Shown: piece after piece, positions 1-11,266 of the stretch
Layout of the letters: every line of letters starts with the position of its first letter
How positions within the stretch are numbered: the stretch's first letter is position 1
Origin: Squalus acanthias
Lineage: Eukaryota
NCBI GenBank assembly: GCA_030390025.1
Contig: CM059432.1
Span: forward strand, 78,742,001-78,806,000
Reading direction: 5' to 3'
DNA: 64,000 nt
The notes under the pieces: model-generated
The model's database searches: none
Seen by the model: only the letters and a program-made list of their open reading frames with translations
Told to the model about the DNA's origin: nothing
Made by a program: the position numbers and the translations under genes

Positions 1-6
1 AGAAGC

Positions 7-235
7 ATGGGAACCATTTATTTCCTTAACTCCTGGACATCAGATTCGGACGAAGACCACCCGGGGCAGCAGCAGAACCCTGAACAACAGCAGCACCAAC
101 AGCAGGAGCAACAACAGGAGCGCCAAGCTGTTGCTCATCCACCTGAAACTGCACAGGCCAGAAGGCACCAGCGTGCGACCACATTGCTGCCCGGGATGCA
201 AGGGACGCACTCATGTTGGCCAGATTTGCTTAGCC
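7..235 (+). pseudogene. Harbinger transposase remnant lacking the DDE core
   Basis: The N-terminus (MGTIYFLNSW...AHPPETAQARRHQR) is joined near 175 directly to the extreme C-terminal codons (IAARDARDALMLARFA* in a shifted frame). About 1 kb present in the 45091-46316 copy is missing. Confidence 0.85.
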
Positions 236-491
236 TGCACAATCAAACACTTTTGTCTCGCACCTTCTTACCAGAGCATCGACAATGGACAAGAACCTGC
301 GGATTCCTATCACTCTGACCACCATACTGACAATTGCAAGTCACCCTAAGCCCTCAATGTGGAAGTCCCATTTGCAAAATGACACAGGCCACAACTTCCA
401 CAGATTGTCATCAAATCTGTTTATGATACCATGACAAGGATGGCTGGTCCAAATACAATAAATCGCAGCACCCAAGTGACTACCCTTGTGA

Positions 492-2476
492 CTACTTGTG
501 CATTATCTTCCTCTTACACGTGCTCCTACATGGTGCTTCCCCTGTGGCTTCAGCAGATGTGGAGGCACTTTGCTCACTTTCTTGCTGCTCCTGTCTCGAC
601 ACCTTTGGCGGGCGTCCTCTAGGGTTGCGAACCTGTGAGGGCTCGGCAACAGTCTGCTGCTCCTGCGGCTGTGCAGGGGCTGAGACGCCCATCTCAGTTG
701 GGTGAGGAATCTGGTGGGGCTCTGACCGAGGGCTTTGCAGTGGCATGGTCGTGTGAGTACTTGGAGAGGAGCCCCCACTTCCTTGTTGTCTGCCACCAAC
801 ATCCCGCTCATGGGTCAGCCCCACTTCAGAGCTAGCAAGTGGCTTGACAGCACCTTGCTGCACTTCAGGGGGGCCATGAGGACCCGTTTCTGCACTGGAA
901 GTCCTATTCCAGAGGACTTCCATGAAGGTCTGGTTTCTATGCTCAATAGCTGACCATCGCTCCTCAAGAGATGTCATTCTATTCTGAACAATGACCATGT
1001 TTTCAAGACCCTGGCGACAAAGCTCCTCCATGGCCGTAGCCATCCTCTCCTCTACCAGTAGCCATCCTCTCCTCTACAGTAGCCAGCCTTACCACGGAGT
1101 TAGCCATCCTTTCCACGGAGGTTGCCATCCTTTCAGCGGTGATGCGTTAATGCGCCAATGCCTCCACAAATGCTCTGCTCATGTTCGCGATGGACCCCTC
1201 CATTCGCTCCACACTCGCAGCGACCCTGGAGACAAAACCTGCCAGAGACTCCTGCACCTGTTCCTGGAGTTCCAGCACTGCTCTCCTTCTGGATGGACCC
1301 GGAGGCACAGGGTCGACATGCAGCTGAGCCGAGCTGGCAGAGTCCTGCGCCCTCCAACGAGGACTCTCCATTGCTGTCCCTGTCTCCACCATCTGCTGAT
1401 GCTCACTTGTGAGCTGTGATACACCAGGTGACAACACTACTCTAGCTCGCGAAGGTCCCACCAAGGTGTGAGTGTCTGCGCTGGTGCTGGGTGCGCTGAA
1501 TTCTGCTGACGCTGCGCCCTCACTGGTTGTAACTTCCTCTGAGGAGTCTGGAAGCTCAGGCTCTTCCTCCTGGACAGTGGGGACGGGGGCTCTCGATGGT
1601 CCTGTTGGGGAGTAAAGGAAAGAGTTAGAGATGTGAGGTTAAGGTTACATGCACATTGAATAGTGCAGATGATCATAAGTCAATCTGTTAGAGCATCAGA
1701 TTCATTATCAGTGACTTATGCAATGTCAATGAGAGAGATGCCAAACTATTCTGTCACCAGCTTGCTGTGATGCGCCTGTCTGTCCGTCCCCCACTTGGGA
1801 ATCCTCCTCGATCCCGGTGATTTCCAGAGCCGCATCCTCCCAGGCCGTGAGCTGGGCTACTGAGGGTGGCCCTCCTCCTGTCATGGCTCTTTCCCTCTTA
1901 TTGTGGGCTCTATTTTCCTGCAATGAGGGACACAAGTGGAGTTTGAGTGAGAATGAAGGAGTGAGTGTAGAGAATGCATAGCATAGATGCTTAGGAGACA
2001 AAGGGCCCTCCCTGTGTGTTGTAAGTTGTTGTTGTTGTTACATCACAGTGATAGGGAGTGTGAGGGCTACATGGTCGAATAGTTAAGTGAATGTGACCAT
2101 AGAGAGAGAGGCAATGGGTAAGGGTGCAGGGATGTAAGTGTCAAGTGGGATGTGGAGGAAGAGGTTGGCAAAGCAGAGTGCTGGTGAGGAGAGTCGATGG
2201 GGTTCAGATTGAGGGAGATGGGAAAGTCATACTCACTTTTCCTGTGCGGAGAAGGTCATGAAACCTCTTCCTGCATTGCAGCCAGGTTCTGCGGCTCATC
2301 GATATGGAGTTGACCTCCTGGGCCACTTGCAGCCACACAGTTTTAGTCTGCTGGGGTGGCGTTTTTCTCCCTGAGGAAGGGAAGAGCACCTCCTTATTCG
2401 ATCTTGCTCCCTCCACCAGAGCTTGGAGGGAGGGCTCATCGAAGCGTGGAGCACACTTTTGCCTGCTGGTGGACAT
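492..2476 (-). pseudogene. Harbinger Myb/SANT-like partner gene, 3 exons (2476-2237, 1917-1758, 1601-492)
   Basis: GT-AG introns in phase 0 and phase 1. Myb_DNA-bind_5-type motif (W..VA.EVNS...RTW.QCRKRF.DL) followed by TGGG. In-frame TAA at 1147-1149 and a frameshift in a repeat near 1045-1070. Confidence 0.85.
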
Positions 2477-2789
2477 AGTCGATCAATGAATTCCTTACTA
2501 CAATCACCATAAAGTTTGCAGTCTCCAGAAGAAGCAAGGCTGCTAGCAGGCCTTAAATCCAGCAGCATTGATGACGTCATCGGAGGCGACTTTCTGTATG
2601 AAAAGACTCATTGGGCCAGGGGTTCCCACACGCTGGAAATCAATTACCCAATTAGGGGAAAATCGCACTTTTTCCCCACTTCACTTCGGAGTCGGGATCC
2701 TGACACGAATACCACCTGACACGCCCCAGCCCGCCCACACTGGCAAAATCGAGCCCTATGAGTCTGCCATCAAATGTCCTAGGATTGGG

Positions 2790-3355
2790 TTTCATATTAA
2801 GGAGTATAACGGGGTAAATCCAGAGAGGTCATCTTAAAACTGCATTTGACCATGATGAGGCCGCATCTGGTGTGCTACATGCAGTTCTGGTCTCCGTATT
2901 TCAAAAAGGATATTTTCAGTTATTGAAGGGGGTACAGAAAAGGCTGCACAGTTGATCCCAGAAATTAAGGGAATGGCGTATGAGGAAAGATTGACTATCC
3001 TGGATATTTTCTCTCTTGAAAAGGGAAGACTGAGAGGGCATATGGTGGAAGTGTTTGGGTAAAATGGTTCCAAGTAAGCTTTTCTACCGTATACAGAATT
3101 TAAGCACAAAGGGTCACATTTACAAATTAATAACAACAAAAGGAATAGAAAATACAGAAGGAACATTTTAACTAAAGGGGGGTTAAGTATATGGAATAGA
3201 TCACTGACACAGGTGGTTTAACAAGAAACCTTATTGGATTTCAAGAAGGAACTCGACAAGTTCTCGTCAATAAATGGGATACAGTTATTAGAAATGCACC
3301 AAGGGAATACTGTAGCTAGGTGGACCAGATGAACTAACGGTTTTCTCCTGCCTGA
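2790..3355 (+). mobile_element. Old, degraded CR1 LINE 3' fragment
   Basis: Decayed ORF2 C-terminal motifs (RPHL.C..QFWSP, L.IFSLEKGRLRG) with stops and frameshifts. Confidence 0.7.
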
Positions 3356-3367
3356 AGGTGTTACTAC

Positions 3368-3985
3368 AGCCCTGATTCAATCCCTGACCACCTGGTGTGT
3401 ACGGTGCGGGCAGAGGGTGAAAATGGTGACCAAGCCCTACCCCCTGCATTCTCCCAGTGTTCGAACCCCACTCTGCCCCACACTGCATCGGGAGCGTCAA
3501 GGCTGCCCACCACAGGCAAGCTGGGGCCTCATAAATATTCGGACCCCCACATGAATTTAACTCTGTATCGCACAAATCAAGCACAGTTCAGGAACTGCCA
3601 GGAAAAGCTGGAGTCAAGCAGGATTGGGACCAGAAAAGGCCCAGGTAAGTTCCATCTTTTTAATTTTTCCTTGAATGCTCCTCCTGGCCACACAAGGAAA
3701 TCTTGGGCATCCTTTGCCCAGGACTTCCCCCCCCTCCCCTGAGCACGATCGTGTTGGATCCCCCTCCTCACTAACCTTGGGTCCCCGGTAGCGGCCTGCA
3801 GCCACACGATTTCCCACTCCTGCCCACCAGCCTTCACCTCATCCCCGCCAGCTTTGGGTGGGATTCAGCATGGACCAATTTAAATAAGGCCCAGGAGTTA
3901 AGTTGGCGCAGACCGCAGCCAAGTGAGCCTGTCGCTCACTTCGGCCCCACACATCGCACTCCCGCCCCAGGTCAAAATCAGGGCT
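3368..3985. mobile_element. Harbinger-type MITE
   Basis: TIR AGCCCTGATT / AATCAGGGCT with 3-bp flanks TAC / TAT; non-coding, GC-rich interior. Confidence 0.6.
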
Positions 3986-4657
3986 TATGTTACTGTGTTA
4001 CTGTACACTATTTCTGATAGCGGCAGATCCCTGGTGGATCCAGGATCTAGCCCAAATCCCGCCTCCCCCTGCTGCCAGTGCGCTTGAAAACCATGCAAGA
4101 ATTTTGGTGCCTTGTTATAAAATGAAATATTGAGCAAAAAACAGGTAGCCCTTCCAACCTACCACAATTACCATATTTTGCGAGTATTTAAGGGACAACT
4201 TTTGGAAGCAAGAAGAAATTTGTTTTTCTTTCTGGTAGCTGCTTCCAGCAAATAACCCCTCAAAAATGCAAATGTTGCCACAAAAAGGGAAAACTAAACC
4301 AAGAGAGTTTTATTTGCAGATTGCTGAGACATATATTAGCAATGAAAGTGACTTCCAGTGCTCTCAATGGGTGGAAGTTTGATCTTTGCCACCTGGGCAC
4401 TAACTTGATCATCCTCCCTTTACAGAATCCACCTAATTGTTGTCCCATTAATCCCATGAAAATTGGGAGGGGGGCCGCAGAATTCTACAATGGGCAGGCG
4501 ATCCACTCTGCCAGGTTACACCAAGAGCAAAGTTGAAAATTACCCCAAAATTTCTAAACTTCTTTCAAGGGCCTAAGGTGACAGGTAGTGTTGGTGCAAG
4601 TGGAGAACGTCTTCATTCTTATTTAAAGGCTTCTGCTCACAACACTTGCTCACAGTC

Positions 4658-5789
4658 ATGAGGGCTTTACTTGCAGTCCCCCTCGCGCTCAAGTATCTTC
4701 GGGAGCGGAGGCAGCGAAGAAGAGAAGATGCGCACAGAGGGAGGAGGAGGAGAGCCAGGAGGGTTCTCAACAGGAGGCCTTACCCATCTATGGTCGTCAG
4801 AGAGCACTTCTCTTATCTCCATTTAAGCGAAGAGCAGTGTATTAGGAGGCTCCGCTTCACCAAGGAGGTGGTCACAGAACTCTGCCACCTCCTGCAACCA
4901 GACCTGCAGCCTCAGACCAGGGCGACCACGGCTCTGAGTGGCCCTCAATTTCTTCACCAGCGGATCTTTCCAGTCTGCAACAGGAGATATAGCTAACATC
5001 TCCCAGTTCGCCGTCCATCACTGCATCTCGGAGGTCACAGAGACTCTGTACTCCAGAAGAAGGAACTACGTTGTCTTCTCTTTGAGCAGAGTAAGATGTG
5101 ACTTTGCCAGGATAGTGGGCTTCACCATGGTTCAGGGCGCCATCAACTGCACCCACGTGGCTTTGAGATCTTCCGTAACCGCAAAGGTTACCACTCACCT
5201 AATGTGCAGTTGTTGTGTAACCACGCCCATCGCATCCTGATGGTCAATGCCCGCTATCCTGGCAGCAGTCATGATGCCTTCATCCTGCATCAGTCCGGTG
5301 TGGCAGCAATCTTCCAGCCATCACATTAAACCCGAGGGTGGCTGCTCGGAGACAAGGGCTATCCGCTCTGCACCTGGCTGATGACTCCCCTCTGCAACCC
5401 CAACACTCCTGCCCAGCACTCATATAAATGAGAGCCATGCTGCCACCAGGAAACATCATCGAGCAGACCATCGGGCTGCTGAAGCAATGGTTCTGCTGCC
5501 TTGACCACTTGGAGGAGCCCTCCTGTACTTGGCAGAGTGGGTGTCCCATTTCGTGGTCTACTGCATGCTTCACAACTTGGCCATCATAAGGGCACAGCCC
5601 TTGTCAGCAGGGATTGCGGGACCACCTCAGGAAGAGGACAAGGGAGAAGAGGAGGAGGAGGAGGAGGAGGAATAGGAGCAAGAGGAAGAGGAAGAGGAGG
5701 AGGACAAGGTGGAAGGGAGGAGGCAGACAGCAAATCCCCCTTCCGCACAAGCTGTCTGTGAACGCCTGATCAGATGCCGATTCCAGTGA
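4658..5789 (+). pseudogene. Harbinger (HARBI1-like) DDE transposase, frameshifted
   Basis: Pieces in different frames: [67 protein letters not shown], and an acidic C-terminal tract. Confidence 0.9.
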
Positions 5790-7076
5790 ATAAAACCAGA
5801 ACCCCGTTGCTCACCACATCCCCATCAACCACATCCCCCTCGTACCATCCCTCTGTCACAGAATATCACAGCGTCCTCCTGGGCACAAAGCTAAAATGAG
5901 AGCCACCACAAAACAAACATTCCAATCAAAATTAATGCATTTATAACTATTCAATTTACATTACAATATCAACTAATCACCCTTGTGCAATCCCTTAGTG
6001 CCTATCGTTCATGTGCCCTTTTCTACTCTGGTGCTCCTATGCAGTGCTCCCCCAGTGGCTGCAGCATGGCTGGTGGAAGGCTGCTGAATTTCCGTGGGGA
6101 AGACTTCAGATGGCCTTGAAGGACGACCTCGACCAGCTGAGGACCTAGAAGGCCCGGCAGTCGGCATGGGTGACAGCAGTCTGGGCTGGCTGGCTGGCTG
6201 ACAGGTAGCAGCAAAGGCAATGGCAGAATGGCAGTGGTGGGAATAGGAATGCTGCCATCGTGAGAGAGGACAGCGCTGCTCCACAGACCCATTGCAAATC
6301 CCCCGGGATGGCGCCTCAGCATTCCTAGCAATCTGTTGGAGAGCAGATTGTTGGGCTGCTGTGACACCCTGCAAGCCCCTTTCAACACTGGTAAACCCAG
6401 CCATGAAGGCAGCAGTCTGAGCATGGGTAGCAGCAAGCTGAGACTGCATGAGAGCAGTCTGATCTTGCGTGGCAGCAAGCGGAGCCTGCAGGAGAGCAGT
6501 CTGTGCTTCCACTGCAGCACTGAGACGTTGGGTCACTTCCGCTTGTGCTGCAACGTAAGCCTCAACATCACCCATCATACGCAGCATCATGGCTGGGTTG
6601 ACAAGGTCTCTCCTGGAGTTGTCCATCATTTCCAGCCTGGAAATCATGGGCTCCAAGCTCTGTGCAAAGCCCCGTCCAATGTTTGAGCCAGACTCCTCCA
6701 TGCTCCTTGACATTGCCAAGAAGCTCTGTGGCAGGCTTGCCATTGCACCTAGCATTTCTGTGTACATGCCCATCACCCTTTTTCTGACGGCTGCCCCATC
6801 ATCTGAGTCGTGTGCATCAGAACTCGCATGCGAACTCGCCCTCTGGGGAGCTGGCCGCCGAGCTACCATTTCCCCCGGCCTTGCTGCAGCCCACTCATGC
6901 CCAGTGTCTCACCATGTGCAGATCCCGCATCTATACTACCCTCTAAATTATGCACAGTGCCAGTTTCTGAGCTGGTGTCTGCGAGTGTCAGATGCAGTGA
7001 CGGTGTACCTTCACTTCTCCTTCACTCTCCTCCATTACTTTGGGGACAGGCTGTGTGGGTGGCAGATCTTGATCAT

Positions 7077-8771
7077 CAAGGCGGATAAATCCCCTGGACC
7101 TGATGGCTTACATCCTAGGGTCTTGAGGGAAGTGGCAGTAGGGATTGTGGATGCTTTGGTAATAATTTTCCAAAATTCCCTGGACTCAGCAAAGGTCCCG
7201 GCAGATTGGAAAACTGCTAATGTAACACCCTTATTTAAAAAGGGTAGTAGGCAGAAGGCTGGAAATTATAGACCAGTTAGTCTAACATCTGTAGTGGGTA
7301 AAATTTTGGAGTCTATTATTAAGGAGACAGTAACGGAACATTTAGATAAACATAATTTAATAGGACAAAGTCAGCATGGCTTTATGAAGGGGAAGTCATG
7401 TCTGACAAATTTGCTTGAGTTCTTTGAGGACATAACGTACAGGGTGGATAAAGGGGAACCAATGGACGTAGTGTATTTAGACTTCCAGAAGGCATTCGAC
7501 AAGGTGCCACATAAAAGATTATTGCTCAAGATAAAAAATCACTGGATTGGGGGGAATATTCTGGCATGGGTGGAGGATTGGTTATCTAACAGGAAGCAGA
7601 GAGTTGGGATAAATGGTTCATTCTCGGACTAGCAACCAGTAGCCAGTGGTGTTCCGCAGGGGTCGGTGCTGGGTCCCCAACTCTTTACAATCTATATTAA
7701 CGATTTGGAGGAGGGGGCCGAGTGTAACATATCAAAGTTTGCAGATGATACAAAGATGGGAGAGAAAGTAGAAAGTGAGGAGGACATAAAAAACCTACAA
7801 GGGGATATAGACAAGCTGGGTGAGTGGGTGGAGATTTGGCAGATGCAATACAATATTGGAAAATGTGAGGTTATGCACTTTGGCAGGAAAAATCAGAGAG
7901 CAAGTTATTATCTTAATGGCGAGAAACTGGAAAGTACTGCAGTACAAAGGGATCTGGGGGTCCTAGTGCAAGAAAATCAAAAAGTTAGTATGCAGGTGCA
8001 GCAGGTGATCAAGAAGGCCAACGGAATGTTGGCTTTTATTGCTAGGGGGATAGATTATAAAAACAGGGAGGTATTGCTGCAGTTATATAAGGTATTGGTG
8101 AGACCGCATCTGGAATACTGCATACAGTTTTGGTGTCCATACTTAAGAAAAGACATACTTGCTCTCGAGGCAGTACAAAGAAGGTTCACTCGGTTAATCC
8201 CCGGGATGAGGGAGTGGACATATGAGGAGAGGTTGAGTAGATTGGGACTCTACTCATTGGAGTTCAGAAGAGTGAGAGGCGATCTTATTGAAACATATAA
8301 GATTGTGAAGGGGCTTGATCGGGTGGATGCGGTAAGGATGTTCCCAAGGATGGGTGAAACTAGAACTAGGGGGCATAATCTTAGAATAAGGGGCTGCTCT
8401 TTCAAAACTGAGATGAGGAGAAACTTCTTCACTCAGAGGGTAGTAGGTCTGTGGAATTTGCTGCCCCAGGAAGCTGTGGAAGCTACATCATTAAATAAAT
8501 TTAAAACAGAAATAGACAGTTTCCTAGAAGTAAAGGGAATTAGGGGTTACGGGGAGCGGGCAGGAAATTGGACATGAGGCTGAGTTCGGATCGGTCGAGG
8601 CCCTGTGGGTGGCGGAGCGGGCCCAGGGGCTGAGTGGCCGGGTCCTGCTCCTACTTCTTGTGTTCTTTAGATTTGAGGTGAGGATCAGATCAGCCATGAT
8701 CTTATTGAATGGCGGAGCAGGCTTGAAGGGCCGATTGGCCTACTCCTGCTCCTATTTCTTATGTTCTTATT
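7077..8771 (+). mobile_element. CR1 LINE, 5'-truncated (RT + C-terminus + 3' UTR)
   Basis: [49 protein letters not shown]. In-frame stop at 7630-7632. Tail ...CCTATTTCTTATGTTCTTAT. Confidence 0.95.
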
Positions 8772-9881
8772 TGAAAGATTGGATAGAGAACTGGTTGGCA
8801 GACAGGAAGCAAAGAGTTGGAAGAAATGGGTCTTTTTCCAAGTGGCAGGCAGTGACTAGTGGGGTACCACAGGGATCGGTGCTAGGACCCCAGCTATTCA
8901 CAATATATATTAATGATCTAGACGAGGGAACTAGATGTAATATCTCCAAATTTGCAGACGACACAAAGCTGGGTGGGCGTGTGTGTTGTGAGGAGGATGC
9001 AGAGAAACTCCAGTATGATTTGGACAGGTTGGGTGATTGGGCAGATGCATGGCAGATGCAGTATAATGTGGATAAATGCGAGGTTATCCACTTTGATGTC
9101 AAAAACAGGAAGACGGGTTATTATCTGAACGGCAATAGATTGGGAAACGGGGAAGTGCAACGAGACCTGGGTGTCCTTGTGCACCAGTCGCTGAAGGTAA
9201 GCATGCAGGTGCAGCAGGCGGTTAAGAAGGCAAATGGTATGTTGGCCTTCATAGTGCAAGGATTCGAGTACAGGAGCAAGGATGTCTTGCTGCAGTTGTA
9301 CAGGGCTTGGTGAGACCACACCTTGAGTATTGTGTGCAGTTTTGGTCGCCTTATCTGAGGAAGGATGTTCTTGCCATGGAGGGAGTGCAGCGAAGATTCA
9401 CCAGACTGATACCTGGGATGGCAGGAATGACGTATGAAGAGAGATTGGGTCGATTAGGCTTATATTCACTAGAGTTTAGTAGAATGAGAGGGGATTTCAT
9501 TGAAACATATAAAATTCTAACAGGACTAGACAGACTAGATGCAGGAAGGATGTTCCCGATGGCAGGTGAGTCCAGAACCAGGGGTCACAGTCTAAGGATA
9601 AGGGGTAAGCCATTTAGGACTGAGATGAGGAGGAATTTCTTCACCCAGAGAGTGGTGAACCTGTGGAATTCTCTACCACAGAAGGCAGTTGAGGCCAATT
9701 CATTAAATATATTCAAGAAGGAGTTAGATATATTTCTTAAAACTAAAGGGATCAAGGGATATGGAGAGAAGGCAGGGACAGGGTACTGAATTTGGATGAT
9801 CAGCCATGATCTCATTAAATGGCGGAACAGGCTCGAGGGGCCGAATAGCCTACTCCTGCTCCTATCTTCTATGTTTCTATG
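8772..9881 (+). mobile_element. CR1 LINE, 5'-truncated, second subfamily
   Basis: [14 protein letters not shown], frameshift near 9305, stop at 9789, tail TTCTATGTTTCTATG. Closely similar to 26800-27903. Confidence 0.95.
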
Positions 9882-11013
9882 AAAGCAGAAAGACACAAGA
9901 GTCAGGTTATTGTGAGGGGAGGGGGGGGAAGCAAGATATCCATGCATACAGCATCACCAGCTTGTAAGTGAGAAGAGATTGTGGGATGAGGGGGATGTGA
10001 GAAGAAGGATTAGGAATGACCATACCGTTATTGTCCCCATGGGCTTCAACTTCGCCCATCGCCACGGCCTCGGTGACTTCCTCTCCAGTGATGTCGAGCA
10101 CCGACTCCTCCAGTTGTCTCAAGGCCTGTATTGCAGCTTGGCCGCCTCCTGTCTGCCGCTGCTCGTGGTGACTGTGAGCAACTTGGCCTGCAAGAGAAAG
10201 GGAAGTCTGTCAGTGAGTGCGGTGCAATGTGTTTGGGTGATGTGCCTGCCATAGTTGAATAGCTGTCAGTGTGTGCAAGGTGTGAGATGTGGGTGTGAGT
10301 GTTGCAGCAGTGGTAAGGTTGTGAGGCTAAGTGAAGCTATGATTGTGAGGTATGAGTGGTGAAAGGGAGAGATTGTTGGTAGGTGAGTGATGGGGGTGTG
10401 GTGCATTGAGCAGTGTGTGAGGCTTGTGATGCAGATGTTGGGATACAGTATTTGCTGAAGCCTTCATTCACCTTGTCCTGCCGTGTGAGGTCATTAAACT
10501 TCTTGCGGCACTGGATCCATATTCTTGGTACCACACTGTTGGCCGTCACGTACCCAGCTATTTCTTGGCACAGCCTTCTCAACGTATGGGCTGATGGCTT
10601 CCTGCCACCCTGCGGGAAGAGGTCAGCCCACCTCCTCTACACGGCCAGTACCAATGCCTCAGAGCCGCAATGGAGAACCTTCTGGCTTGTTCTCTTTTCT
10701 GGTGCTCAGCCGTGTGTTCCAACTGCAATTCCAATTCCAGCTCCAACTCCAATGACAATGAGGTGCTGCTGCATCAAAGCACCTCCCCTTTAAGTAGTGG
10801 AGAAAGACTAGGCCAAACATTGCTGGCTATTAGACAGCAACCGACATTGGCCCAGCTATTGAGCAGTAAGCCAATCAGCAGCACGTTTAGCGCTGAGATC
10901 AGCACTACAATCATGTAAATGAGCAGTCAGCACAATTTTGTGTGTTGCCTGCACCACTTTGAACTGACGCAGCCAAATAGCGCTGGGCCATGACACCACC
11001 CGTTTTCGGGCCA

Positions 11014-11228
11014 TGACGTAATAAAGACTCACTACGCACTTGAACATAAAGCAAGGCTTTAATCAACTTGTAACAAAACATGGAGGTCTAGTTAGCAGTC
11101 ACTAGCTTCCTGTTTCCAGATTGTCTCTGCCCAAGGTGGGCCCATGCCTGAGTATTTATACTCCCTGGACGGCGCCCCAGCTGGCCACCCAGTAATACTT
11201 CCTGAGTTGTTACTTGCGATTTATGACA
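11014..11228 (-). repeat. 3' LTR of the Gypsy element
   Basis: Direct repeat of 15309-15523. Confidence 0.97.
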
Positions 11229-11266
11229 TTCTTCCTCCCTAAAAGGTTTGGAAGTCCAGTCTTCCT

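Larger units (their letters stand above)
1..2756. mobile_element. PIF/Harbinger transposon family A, copy 1 (other end outside window; internally deleted transposase)
   Basis: Right end AAAATCGAGCCC (2745-2756) matches the TIR of the full copy at 42620/46846. Internal sequence is colinear, in opposite orientation, with 42620-46320. Confidence 0.9.
6009..10740 (-). pseudogene. Harbinger family B Myb/SANT partner gene (exons ~10740-10472, 10187-10026, ~7076-6009)
   Basis: Exon 1 has WIQCRKKFNDL with donor GTGAAT. Exon 2 has QTGGG...LEESVLDITG with donor GTATGG. Exon 3 encodes an Ala/Gln coiled-coil-like segment, GRGRP and HRSTR. CR1s are inserted at the intron 2 / exon 3 junction. Confidence 0.75.

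Noticed and set aside
6589..7632. 347-aa ORF that looks like a novel RT fusion protein
   Set aside because: Chance read-through: the first half is antisense to the Harbinger Myb exon and the second half is a truncated CR1 RT ending in a premature stop.
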